64,000 nucleotides of DNA, taken from positions 1 through 64,000 of the forward strand of contig JAYTOU010000042.1 in assembly GCA_043747615.1 (NCBI GenBank), written 5' to 3'. Positions 28,336 through 37,800 of the stretch are shown here, piece after piece. Both the position numbers and the translations under genes were made by a program. The number at the start of each line of letters is the position of its first letter. Within the stretch, counting starts at the first letter, position 1. The DNA comes from Myxococcales bacterium (lineage in GTDB: Bacteria > Myxococcota_A > Polyangia > Polyangiales > Polyangiaceae). Below the pieces are notes generated by a model, which saw only the letters and a list, made by a program, of their open reading frames with translations, had not been told where the DNA came from and ran no database searches.

Positions 28336-29326
28336 GGGTTGTCTTCTTCGGCGTCATTTCGGCGTTCTTCAGGGTCTTCTTCCGCAGCCGGCGGGTGCGT
28401 CGTTCGTGCTCGAGCGCGTCGTCCTTCTTGCTGCTCTTCTTTGCGTTGCGGCGCGCCACGAGTCGCTCGGCGTGAGCGATGATCGCTCCGGCCACGTCGA
28501 TACCGCTGGTGCGCTCGATACCCTCGAGCCCTGGGGAGCTGTTGATCTCGAGGATCTTCGGCCCTTCACGCCCCTCGAGCATGTCCACCCCCGCTACCTC
28601 GAGCCCCATCACCTTGACCGCAGCAACAGCCGCGTTGCAGTAGCGCGGGTCGAGCTTCACCCGCAGACCGAGGCCCCCGCGATGGAGATTCGAGCGAAAC
28701 TCGCCCGATTTGGCCTGCCGGCGCATCGCAGCGACCACCCGCCTTCCGACCACGATCGCCCGGTAGTCGCGCCCCTTCGACTCGGCGATGTACTCCTGCA
28801 AAATGATGTCTTGGCCCATCGCCCAGAGCGTCTCGAGCAGCGAGGTAACGGCTTGCGGAGTCTCGGCGATCATCGTCCCGATCCCTTGCGCGCCTTGTTG
28901 CAGCTTCACGATGGCGGGCGTGCCTCCCACGAAGGAGAGCGCGAGATCCACGGAGTCGGGCGTCCGCGCGCATACCGTACGCGGGACATCGATGTCCTTC
29001 TTGGTGAGCAGCTGCATGGCGCGCAGCTTGTCGCGCGAGCGAGCGATGGCGACGGCGGTGTTGAGCACCGGCACCCCCATCATGTCGAACTGCCGGACCA
29101 CCGCTAGCCCGTAGTTGGTGATCGACGCGCCGATGCGAGGAACGACGATATCCGCGTGAGGGACCGGGCGGTCGCCGAGGAACATCGAGGGATGCCCGCG
29201 CGAGACGACGATGTGAAAGTCCAGCGGGTCGGCGACGGTCACGTCGTGCCCCCGCGAGCGCGCGGCGAGGACGAGCCGGCTGGTCGAGTAGAGTGTCGCG
29301 TTACGCGACAAAACGAGGATCCGCAT
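28316..29326 (-). CDS. rimK: RimK family alpha-L-glutamate ligase with a basic C-terminal tail
   Basis: MRILVLSRN..LYST.RL, RSRDKLR, FRSNLHRGG, LEINSSPGLEGIE; ATG 29326. Confidence 0.9.
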   Translation of the reverse strand: MRILVLSRNATLYSTSRLVLAARSRGHDVTVADPLDFHIVVSRGHPSMFLGDRPVPHADIVVPRIGASITNYGLAVVRQFDMMGVPVLNTAVAIARSRDKLRAMQLLTKKDIDVPRTVCARTPDSVDLALSFVGGTPAIVKLQQGAQGIGTMIAETPQAVTSLLETLWAMGQDIILQEYIAESKGRDYRAIVVGRRVVAAMRRQAKSGEFRSNLHRGGLGLRVKLDPRYCNAAVAAVKVMGLEVAGVDMLEGREGPKILEINSSPGLEGIERTSGIDVAGAIIAHAERLVARRNAKKSSKKDDALEHERRTRRLRKKTLKNAEMTPKKTTHAARGA

Positions 29327-29396
29327 CGAGGCCGGAAGGTACGAGGCCTTTACCCCTCCGCGCAAGCGATGGGGACGCAAGCCACGCTGGAGCTGC

Positions 29397-29534
29397 CTAG
29401 CGGTTCGCGGCGACGGTCGCGTTCGACTCGGCGCTCGCGGCCTTGTCCTGCCCGTGATTGTTGGGCAGGAGCGCAAGGGCGGCAATGAGTGCGACCGCCA
29501 GGGCGCGAATCGTGAAGTGTTGGCGGGCGCTCAT
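29397..29534 (-). CDS. Putative 45-aa small protein with one hydrophobic/signal segment
   Basis: MSARQHFTIRALAVALIAALALLPNNHGQDKAASAESNATVAANR, directly after a sigma54-like element. Confidence 0.5.
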   Translation of the reverse strand: MSARQHFTIRALAVALIAALALLPNNHGQDKAASAESNATVAANR

Positions 29535-29546
29535 GTTGGTGTTCAA

Positions 29547-29562
29547 TGCAGCGAACGTGCCC
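29547..29562 (-). promoter_or_regulatory. Possible sigma54 -24/-12 promoter
   Basis: Minus strand GGGCACG-TTCG-CTGCA; correct spacing, two mismatches to consensus. Confidence 0.5.
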
Positions 29563-29766
29563 CGCGATGATTTGGCCTTCGGTGCGAGATTGTGCCTACG
29601 CGACCGTGACGTACGCGTCGCGGTAGACACACAATCGTCCTGTCGAGTGCGCCCGTTGCCACACTTTTTCCCGCGTCGCGGCGAATTGCGACGCGAAGTG
29701 AGAACGCGACCGCCTCTGGCGCTTTCCTGCGCCTCCCCATCGCCCTCGCGGTAAGCTCCGCGAAGC

Positions 29767-30891
29767 ATGACGAGCGCAGATTTCGCCCCCTCCGCTGCCA
29801 GCGCGGCGAAAAAAATACCTTACGACCTCGACGCGGAGCTCGAGGAGCTTCCTCCGATCGACGGTGGGGACGATGACGAAGCTCCGTCTGCCGAGATCGA
29901 CGAGCTCGACGAACAGCCCTTGGACGGTGGCGATCCCTTCGACGACGCGACCGGGGAGGGGGACCCAGTCGACGACGACGTGAGCGCTTCGGAGGAGAGC
30001 TCGTGGCTCGACGACGGCAGCCCGGCGGCCTTCAACGACGGCGCAGACTCGCCCGAGTTCCTCTCTGCGACCGCGGATTCCGAGAGCTTTTTGGCTGAAA
30101 ACGACGAGCTCGGAGTCGGCGATGAAGACTTCGGTCTCGGAGCGGAGGACAAGGTCGCGCTGGTCGTCGACTCCGGCGAAGAGGGTCCTACCGATGCCGA
30201 CGAGGAGCTCCGCGAGGCAGATTTACCGGCGCTCGACGATGATGACGAGGGAGAGGGCGAAGAGTCAAAGTTCTTCGAGATGACGACGGTTGGCGAAGAA
30301 GACGCCGGCGATCAGCCGTTTCCCTGGGACTTGCCGCCGTGGGAACGGGTAGGTGCACCGGTCGACGTGGGGGTGCTGAGCTGTGTCGCGTGCGGAGCGC
30401 GAGGGGTCATCGCGGCGCGCGCCGGAGGGCTCCTTCGAGTCGACTTGGAGGGAACGGCCACTCCGCTCGAAGCCGCGGGGCTGCCGAACGAGGGAATTTC
30501 TCGCATGTCGCTCATCGGCGCGTCGATCTGGGTGGAGACCGACGGCGGTATCTACGCCTCGAACGACGGAGGCGCGACGTTCTCCCGCGAGACGGGCTGG
30601 CCTTACGATCTCTCGTCAGGCGGTTCGTCGTCAGGCGGTCCCGCTCGGACGAAGTCGCCGGTGGGCGCTTCCGCAGTGACCGCGCTCGGCGAAGCGGGTG
30701 CGATCATGGCCGCCATCTATTCGGCAGAAGAGAATCGATCGTGGCTGGTGTGCTTCGACGCCGAAGGTGAAGGACGCACCGTCGCCGAAACCCGGGACGA
30801 GGTGAAGGACCTCGCGTGGGACGAAACACGCGGCGTCGTGTGGGCGGCGGGCGATTTCGGCGTGATCGCCTTTCAACCACCGCGGCGTTGA
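29767..30891 (+). CDS. Hypothetical protein: Asp/Glu-rich N-half plus partial beta-propeller
   Basis: About 180 aa acidic low-complexity region; BNR/Asp-box-like [22 protein letters not shown]. Confidence 0.75.
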   Translation: MTSADFAPSAASAAKKIPYDLDAELEELPPIDGGDDDEAPSAEIDELDEQPLDGGDPFDDATGEGDPVDDDVSASEESSWLDDGSPAAFNDGADSPEFLSATADSESFLAENDELGVGDEDFGLGAEDKVALVVDSGEEGPTDADEELREADLPALDDDDEGEGEESKFFEMTTVGEEDAGDQPFPWDLPPWERVGAPVDVGVLSCVACGARGVIAARAGGLLRVDLEGTATPLEAAGLPNEGISRMSLIGASIWVETDGGIYASNDGGATFSRETGWPYDLSSGGSSSGGPARTKSPVGASAVTALGEAGAIMAAIYSAEENRSWLVCFDAEGEGRTVAETRDEVKDLAWDETRGVVWAAGDFGVIAFQPPRR

Positions 30892-30913
30892 GCACCGGAG
30901 CCTCGAGCGTTCC

Positions 30914-32122
30914 ATGAGCAAGATCATCGTCCAGAAGTACGGCGGATCGTCGATGGCGGATGTCGCCAAGATCGGCCTGGTAGCAGACAAGGTCGTAGCT
31001 GCGAAACGTGCCGGCCACGACGTCGTAGTCGTCGTGAGTGCGATGGGGAAGACGACCGACGAGCTCGTGGCTCTCGCTCGCAAGATCTCGGGGGCGGACG
31101 GAAGCGGTCACGATCACCCCGCGTCGTCGCCTCCCCGCCGCGAGCTGGATATGCTTGTTTCTACGGGTGAACGCGTGTCTATGGCCCTCCTGTCAATCGC
31201 GATTCAAGCGCGCGGTCTCGAGGCCATCAGCTTCACCGGAAGCCAATCGGGCATCCTCACCAACGACCGGCATTTCGATGCGCGTATCATCGAAGTGCGA
31301 CCCCACCGCATCGAGGACGAGCTCGCGCGCGGCAAGATCGTCATCGTCGCCGGCTACCAGGGCATGAGCTACAAGCGCGAGATCACCACCCTAGGTCGCG
31401 GAGGCTCCGACACGACCGCCGTCGCCCTCGCGGCAGCCCTAGGAGCCGAGCGCTGCGAAATCTACAGCGACGTCGACGGCGTGTACTCCGCCGATCCGCG
31501 CGTGGTCGATGACCCGGTGCATCTTCCGGTCCTCGATCTGGCGACGCTCCAGGAGATGGCGGAAGCCGGAGCCAAGGTGATCAACGCACAGGCCGTCGAG
31601 TGGGCCCGCCGCGCGAAGATCACGATCCACGCTAGAAAAACAGCCGATTTTGCGCCTGCCGCTCTCGAAACTGTGGCGACAGAGAGCCCCCCGCTCGGTC
31701 GCGTTCGCGCGGTTGTCGGCCTCGACAACGTCGTGCACGTGCGCGTCGGTCGCGACTTTCGGCGCTTCCTCGATCTCGCGGCCGTGCTCGAAGCCCCGGT
31801 CGTCGACGTCGCTGGCACGGTCGACGAGGCGACGTGCGTCCTTCCGCTCCTCAACGTGCCGGACTGGGAGCGTTGCCGTGCGCGTCTCGTCGCAGAGCTC
31901 TCGTCAGTGACGTTGAAGGAGCGATGCGCGACCGTCAGCGTGGTCGGCTCGGAGCTCACCAGCATGCACGCAGTTCCCACATTTCTCTCCACGCTCGAAG
32001 ATGCCGGGGCTTCGCCGATCGCGTTCGTTTCCGGCTCTCTTCGTCTGACGGCGGTCATCGCGTCGGAGAAGCTCGCCGTCGCCCAGCGCGCTCTTCACGC
32101 TATTTTCGTTCGAGAGAGCTAA
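30914..32122 (+). CDS. lysC: Aspartate kinase
   Basis: [39 protein letters not shown]. Confidence 0.93.
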   Translation: MSKIIVQKYGGSSMADVAKIGLVADKVVAAKRAGHDVVVVVSAMGKTTDELVALARKISGADGSGHDHPASSPPRRELDMLVSTGERVSMALLSIAIQARGLEAISFTGSQSGILTNDRHFDARIIEVRPHRIEDELARGKIVIVAGYQGMSYKREITTLGRGGSDTTAVALAAALGAERCEIYSDVDGVYSADPRVVDDPVHLPVLDLATLQEMAEAGAKVINAQAVEWARRAKITIHARKTADFAPAALETVATESPPLGRVRAVVGLDNVVHVRVGRDFRRFLDLAAVLEAPVVDVAGTVDEATCVLPLLNVPDWERCRARLVAELSSVTLKERCATVSVVGSELTSMHAVPTFLSTLEDAGASPIAFVSGSLRLTAVIASEKLAVAQRALHAIFVRES

Positions 32123-32126
32123 GGGC

Positions 32127-32777
32127 TCATCCACCTCGCCGGGCGATGGCGGCGAAGGCCTTCCGCGGGCCGCGCTCATCCGGCGGAGCCACCACGGGAT
32201 CTGCGGGACCGATCACGATCTGCAGCGCGCGCACCGTCGTTCGAGCGACGCCAGCGATCCCCGGATCGCCTGCCAGGATGAGGATCCGTCGCCACACCGC
32301 GAGCTGCGCGGGGGCGCGGCCGTCGGCGGCATACCAACCTGCCAGCTCTCGCAGCGCGGGGATGGCAGAGGGCTCTTTGCTCACGTAGGCCTCGAGGTCC
32401 TGGGCCGCTTCGTCATGCCAACCGAGGAGCCTTCGCACCCGCGCCCTTGCGTAGAGCAGCGAGTACTCCGACGGGACGTGAGCAAGCGCAACGGAGAAGA
32501 CGCGCTCCGCCTCCCGGAAATCGCCGAGGCGCGCCCGAAGCCCGCCAAGCCCGAGGTAGCACTCCGCGCAGCTCGCATCGAGGGCGACCGCGTCTGTGTA
32601 GCGCTTGAGCGCCAGGTCCTCTTCGTGCGCTGCTTCGTGGGCGCGCGCCTCGCGAACGAGCTCGTCAACCGTGCTCGACGCCCGAACCTCGAAATGCACG
32701 AGCATCAGCAGCCCCGCCACGAGACCCGAACGAAGGTGTCGCGTGGTGTTCGCCCTCCGTCGCCTGGCGGGCTGCAT
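32127..32777 (-). CDS. Exported TPR protein
   Basis: Signal-like N-terminus followed by TPR-like helices. Confidence 0.75.
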   Translation of the reverse strand: MQPARRRRANTTRHLRSGLVAGLLMLVHFEVRASSTVDELVREARAHEAAHEEDLALKRYTDAVALDASCAECYLGLGGLRARLGDFREAERVFSVALAHVPSEYSLLYARARVRRLLGWHDEAAQDLEAYVSKEPSAIPALRELAGWYAADGRAPAQLAVWRRILILAGDPGIAGVARTTVRALQIVIGPADPVVAPPDERGPRKAFAAIARRGG

Positions 32778-32802
32778 CGGTGTCTACGAAAGATACGAAC
32801 GG

Positions 32803-34671
32803 CTAGGAGTCGACGGACTGCGCGTCTTCGATCGCCACGGATCGGCTCGAGCGTAGGTTGATCTTGAGCATCTGCTTGCGAACGCGAACGGCGTCTGGGG
32901 TGACCTCGACGAGCTCGTCGGCGTCGATCCATTCCATGGCGGTTTCGATGTTGAGCGTACGGGGAACGGCGAGGGCGGTGTTCTCGTCCTTGCCGTGGTT
33001 ACGCACGTTCGTGAGCTTCTTTTCCTTGATCGCGTTTACGTCGGCGTCATTCGGGCGGTTGTGCTCGCCGATGATCATGCCCTCGTAGACTTCGCAGCCT
33101 GGGCTGAGGAAGAATTGCCCGCGGGCCTGAAGGTGGTTGAGCGCGTATGGGGTCGACGTGCCCTGGCGATCGGAGACGAGAGCGCCGCACTGTCGCTTCA
33201 TCATCGTGCCGCCCCACGGCTCCCAGCCGTCGAACATGGTGTTGAGGAGCCCGGTGCCGCGCGTGGAGGTGAGGAACTCGCCACGGAATCCGATGAGGCC
33301 GCGGGAAGGCACGCGGTATTCGAGTCGCGCGCGTCCGAAGCCGGGGTTGGACATCTTCACCATCTTGCCGCGGCGCTCGCCGAGACGCTGGGTGACGACG
33401 CCGATGAATCCGTCGGGAACGTCGACCACGACGAGCTCGATCGGCTCACAGAGGACTTCGTCGACCACCTTGGTAATGACCTCGGGGTTGCCGAGCTGCA
33501 TCTCATAGCCTTCGCGCCGCATTTGCTCGACGAGGATCGCCAGCTGAAGCTCTCCGCGTCCGAGCATCGTGAAGGTGTCGGGCGTCTCCGTCTCTTCGAG
33601 GCGAACCGCGAGATTTCGACGGCATTCGCGCTCGAGACGCTCACGGAGCTGACGGCTGGTGAGGAACTTCGACGCCTTGCACTTTCCGGCAAAGGGCGAG
33701 GTGTTGACCCCGATCTTCATCTTCAATGTGGGCTGCTCGACGTGGATGCGGGGAAGCGCGCGCGTCTCCCAGCCGGGCGACAGATCGACGATCGTGTCGC
33801 CGACGTAGATTTCTTCGATGCCGGCGATCGCCACGAGCTCGCCCGCGGCGGCTTCGGTGGTCGACGTTCGCTTCAAGCCTTCGAAGGTAGAGAGGACCTT
33901 GATGGTCCCCTTCAACATCGCGCCGTCCTTGAGGACGCCGACGGCCTGGTTGGCCTTCACGGTGCCGGCGACGATGCGTCCGACCGCCAGACGACCGGTG
34001 TAGTCGTCGTGATCGAGGTTGTTGACCAGGATCTGAAGCGGTTTAGTTGGGTCACCCGGCGCCGGGGGGATTTTGTCGACGATGAGCTGGAAGAGCGGGC
34101 CGAGATCTTTGCCCTCGTCCTCCATGTTCATCTTGGCCATCCCGATCTTTCCGATCGCGTAAATGACTGGAAAGTCCATCTGGGCGTCGCTTGCCTGGAG
34201 GTCGCAGAAGAGATCGAAGATCTCGTTCAGGACGTCGTCGGGGCGGGCGTCGGAGCGGTCGATCTTGTTGATGACCACGATGATCGGAAAACCGAGCTCG
34301 AGGCACTTGCGGAGCACGAAGCGCGTCTGCGGGAGCGGCCCCTCGGCGGCGTCGACGAGCAGGAGCGCGCCATCGGCCATGAGCAGCGTGCGCTCGACCT
34401 CGCCACCGAAGTCGGCGTGGCCCGGCGTGTCGACGATGTTGATCTTGATCGTCTCTTTCGCACCCGGCGGCTTCCAGCGGACGCTGGTATTTTTTGCGAG
34501 AATCGTGATTCCACGCTCGCGCTCGAGGTCGTTCGAGTCCATGACCCGATCGACCATGACCTCGTTGTCGCGGAAGGTTCCAGCCTGGCGAAGCATGTAG
34601 TCGACCAGCGTTGTTTTGCCATGGTCGACGTGCGCCACGATCGCGATGTTCCTAAGTGTTTCTACAGCCAT
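32803..34671 (-). CDS. typA: Translational GTPase TypA/BipA
   Basis: AHVDHGKTTLVD, RERGITILAK, DTPGHADFGGEVER, GRGELQL, KKLTNVR. Confidence 0.97.
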   Translation of the reverse strand: MAVETLRNIAIVAHVDHGKTTLVDYMLRQAGTFRDNEVMVDRVMDSNDLERERGITILAKNTSVRWKPPGAKETIKINIVDTPGHADFGGEVERTLLMADGALLLVDAAEGPLPQTRFVLRKCLELGFPIIVVINKIDRSDARPDDVLNEIFDLFCDLQASDAQMDFPVIYAIGKIGMAKMNMEDEGKDLGPLFQLIVDKIPPAPGDPTKPLQILVNNLDHDDYTGRLAVGRIVAGTVKANQAVGVLKDGAMLKGTIKVLSTFEGLKRTSTTEAAAGELVAIAGIEEIYVGDTIVDLSPGWETRALPRIHVEQPTLKMKIGVNTSPFAGKCKASKFLTSRQLRERLERECRRNLAVRLEETETPDTFTMLGRGELQLAILVEQMRREGYEMQLGNPEVITKVVDEVLCEPIELVVVDVPDGFIGVVTQRLGERRGKMVKMSNPGFGRARLEYRVPSRGLIGFRGEFLTSTRGTGLLNTMFDGWEPWGGTMMKRQCGALVSDRQGTSTPYALNHLQARGQFFLSPGCEVYEGMIIGEHNRPNDADVNAIKEKKLTNVRNHGKDENTALAVPRTLNIETAMEWIDADELVEVTPDAVRVRKQMLKINLRSSRSVAIEDAQSVDS

Positions 34672-34708
34672 ATTGGGCGTCTCAATAGCTTCTGGGGCTC
34701 ATCTAAGC

Positions 34709-34784
34709 AAGGCGCTCGTCGTAGGCAGGGCCCGACAGAGGTGTCCCTGCGGGGCTGCCCCACACGCATACGACAGCCTTTTTT
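34709..34784. other. Nested stem-loop element upstream of typA
   Basis: AAGGC/GCCTT, GTCGTA/TACGAC, GCAGG/CCTGC, GACA/TGTC and GGGG-CTG-CCCC pairings; T-run on the + strand side. Confidence 0.5.
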
Positions 34785-34860
34785 CCCAGTGGAGCGCAGG
34801 CGCGCGTGTTCATCGGCCCGCCTCTTCGATTCGTCCGGAAGCTTAGGTGCCGGGGGGAGG

Positions 34861-37800
34861 TTACTTCAGTCCAGACCGCGCACGGGCTTCGGCGTACGCA
34901 TCGCTGACGGAGTAGGCGATGATCTCTTTGGCCTCGGCGATGCGCCCGATCCAGCCCGCGCGCTGTTCGGCGTCGCTTGGTGCGCCTTCCCGAAGCCCGT
35001 TCGCCCACGCGATGCCGTCGAGCGCTGCGCTCGGATTTCCCACGACTAACAGAGCAGCACGATCGGCCCACGTGAGCACCAACGGACCGAGCGCCAGGGT
35101 CTGGGTTCCGACCGCACCCGCCACCTCGAGGGCCATGATCCCGACGTCCGGATCGAGACGCCGGGGAAGCGCCGCTTGCAGGCGACGCGATACGTCGGTC
35201 ATGGCCGTCGGATTGATGCCCTGCGGAGCCCAGCTCGGATTGAAGAGCTGGAGCCACGCGGCGATGAGCACCGGCAGATCCTTGGGCGGCGTGCGCATCA
35301 CGGCCGACGCGTGCGCCTGAATGAGCTTGATGGCGCGCGCGAGGAGAAAGGTGCGCGCGGCGACGTTGGGCGTGGTGAGGAGCGACTCGCCGAGGACGAG
35401 CGTCGGAGGGTTGGAGCTTGCCGGGAGGCAGGTTTGCCCGAGCTGCGAGGAGACGAAAATCTGGATCCCTGGAACGCCCATTCCCGCCGCGAGCTGCTGG
35501 ATCGCGGGCTGAAGCGGCGAGCCATGTTGGAGGGGTGCGGCACGGAGAGCTCTAAAATCAAGGGGAACAGCGCTATCGAGCGCGTCCCCGGTCTTCGACA
35601 GGAGCGCCCGCAGCGCAGGCGTGACGAGCTCGGGAGCAAGCAAATCATCGAGCCGGGGATCTCCACCCCGGGCGTCGGCGCCGCTGATCTGCACGGGCTC
35701 ACCCGTGAACGCGGCGAGGGCAGCGGAAACCGCGCGGGCAGCATCACTCTTTCCACGAAGGTCGTAGACTGCAGCCATCATCTCGAAGAGAGCAGGCCCG
35801 AAGCGGCCCGCGGCAAGGGCGCGTCGGGCATCCGCTGCAGCGCGATCGAGCAGGATGTGCACGGCAGGCATCTGCTTCTGGCGGATGTAGAACTCGGCGA
35901 GCGCGCGAAGGACGCCTACGTCAGTCGGAAATTCCCGCCGTGCCGTTTCGAGTGTCTGCTCCGCTTTTCGTAGGTCGTGCGACGTGGTCTCGAAGATGCT
36001 CGAGAGCTCGATCAGGCGCTTGCGCCGCGTGGCGGGATCCCACACCTTGCCGAGAAGGTGCTGCTGGGCTTCGATGGCGCGCGCGGGATCGTTCATGCGC
36101 TTGTAGAGATCGACGAGGCGCTCCATCGACGCAAAATCGTCGGGGCTGCGCTTGAGAACTTCTTTGAACGCCAGCTCTGCGCGCGCGAGATTCACGGCGT
36201 GAACGGAGTACAGCTCTCCGAGGCGAGCATAGACGGCGCGCTGCTCGTCGGGGGTCGCCAGAAGGCGCGCTAGCCTGACCCAGGCTTGCTCCGCGGCGTC
36301 CCAGTCGCCTCCGGCCGCACACAGATCGCCGAATGCGCTGAGCGCGTCGGTGTGGTCGGGCTGAAGGGCCAGCGCCGCTTCGAGTGCCGCGCGTGCGCCG
36401 GCGGGATCGCCCACTTCGGCGAGAACGCGTCCGCGCTGAACTTCGAGGGCAAGGCGTTCGTCCGGATCGGTGATGCTGCCGACGCGATGCTCGAGAAGCA
36501 GGGCGAGCTCGGCACGCGAGCCGCGCTGCACGTAGAGGGCGGAGAGGCGAGCGAAGACGTCGGCGAAGGAAATGTCGAGGCTCGCTGCCTGCTCGAAGGC
36601 CGCGATACCCCGGTCGTCATCAATGACGTCGTCAATCCAGATCCGGCCCGCGTCGAACCAGGCGCCGAGCTGGTGCTCACGGACGAGGCTGGTGCGCGCC
36701 ACGCTTTCCAGAGCCTCTGCAGCCCCGCGTGGATCGCCGGCGGTCTTGCGAGCCTCGGCTACGAGAGTCCATGTAGCGACGTCCCCGGCGTCCTCGCCGG
36801 CGGCGCGATCGAGGAGCTCGCGAGCTTCATCGAGCTTGCCGAGGCGCGTGGCCGCCTCCGCCGCTCGCACGAGGAGAGTCGCCACTTCGGCGGGGCGAGT
36901 GGCTCGCTGGACTAGGGCGAGCGTCGACTCGTACTGGGTAAGATTGTCGCCTTGTACGCGGGCGTGCGCGTTGTGGAGGCGAAGCGCCCAGATCGCCGGA
37001 TCGGGCTGAGATCTCCCGAGCTCAGCGAGATCGCGCGTACCGTCCCAGTCCCCCGCACGCATCCGCAACCGCGCTGCCAGCCCGGCGTGGGCGCTGCACT
37101 CGCCGCCGGCAGAGCCTTCGAGGGCGCGCGCGATGGCCGCCATGACCGGCTCGATCTCATCGTCCCGCCCGTCGCCCACGAGCGCATGCTCGACATGACG
37201 CAAGCTCGGTTTGTGATCCGGGGTTTCATCGAGGATCGTCCGATGCCAGAGGAGAGCGCTCCCTGCGTCACTTCGACCGCGCGCGTCTAGATCGGCTAGC
37301 CGCTCGTAGGCTTCGCGGCGCACCGTGGGATCCTCGGCTTCACGAGCTTGGGCGAGAAGCTCGTCGGCAAGACGGGCGACCGAGCCCGCCACGATTTCCG
37401 TGCGTTCGAGGACGATCCGTTCGAGCCCCCCGGTTGCACCCGCAGCAGCGGCCGTCGCCGCCCGGACCGCGCCTTCTTTGTCGCCGACCCGCTCGTATTC
37501 GTGTGCCGCTTCGAGCAACAGCGCGTTTCTCGCCGCTCCCGTCGCCGACGCAGCGCGTTTCTCGCGCCACGCTGCGCCATCGGTCAGAGGCTCCGCGGCG
37601 ATCCGTTCGTAGAGCTCACGGAGCGCGACGTCGTCGGGGCGGGCGCGGTGGGCCTCTTCCAGCCGATCGCTCGCGAGCTTGGTGTCGCTGTCCGCAACGA
37701 GCAACGCTTCCCGCACGCCGTCGAGCGCGGCTTCAAGCGGATCTTGGGTCGCCGCTCGTCGCTCGCGTATCCATCGAAGCACCACCTCGACGGCTCCCGT

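Noticed and set aside
28316..29534. Small ORF + ATP-grasp ligase as a graspetide RiPP or LysW/LysX system
   Set aside because: The enzyme has canonical RimK motifs; the peptide is signal-like, with no repeated core motifs and no EDWGE end.
34780..34860. SRP RNA suggested by GTCCGGAAG
   Set aside because: The flanking CAGG...GAAGCAGC helix-8 context is missing.
32995..35049. 684-aa + strand ORF and similar long antisense ORFs (e.g. 7748-9343, 14929-16353, 51938-53611)
   Set aside because: They lie opposite well-supported genes, have no recognisable motifs, and are expected from high-GC codon bias.
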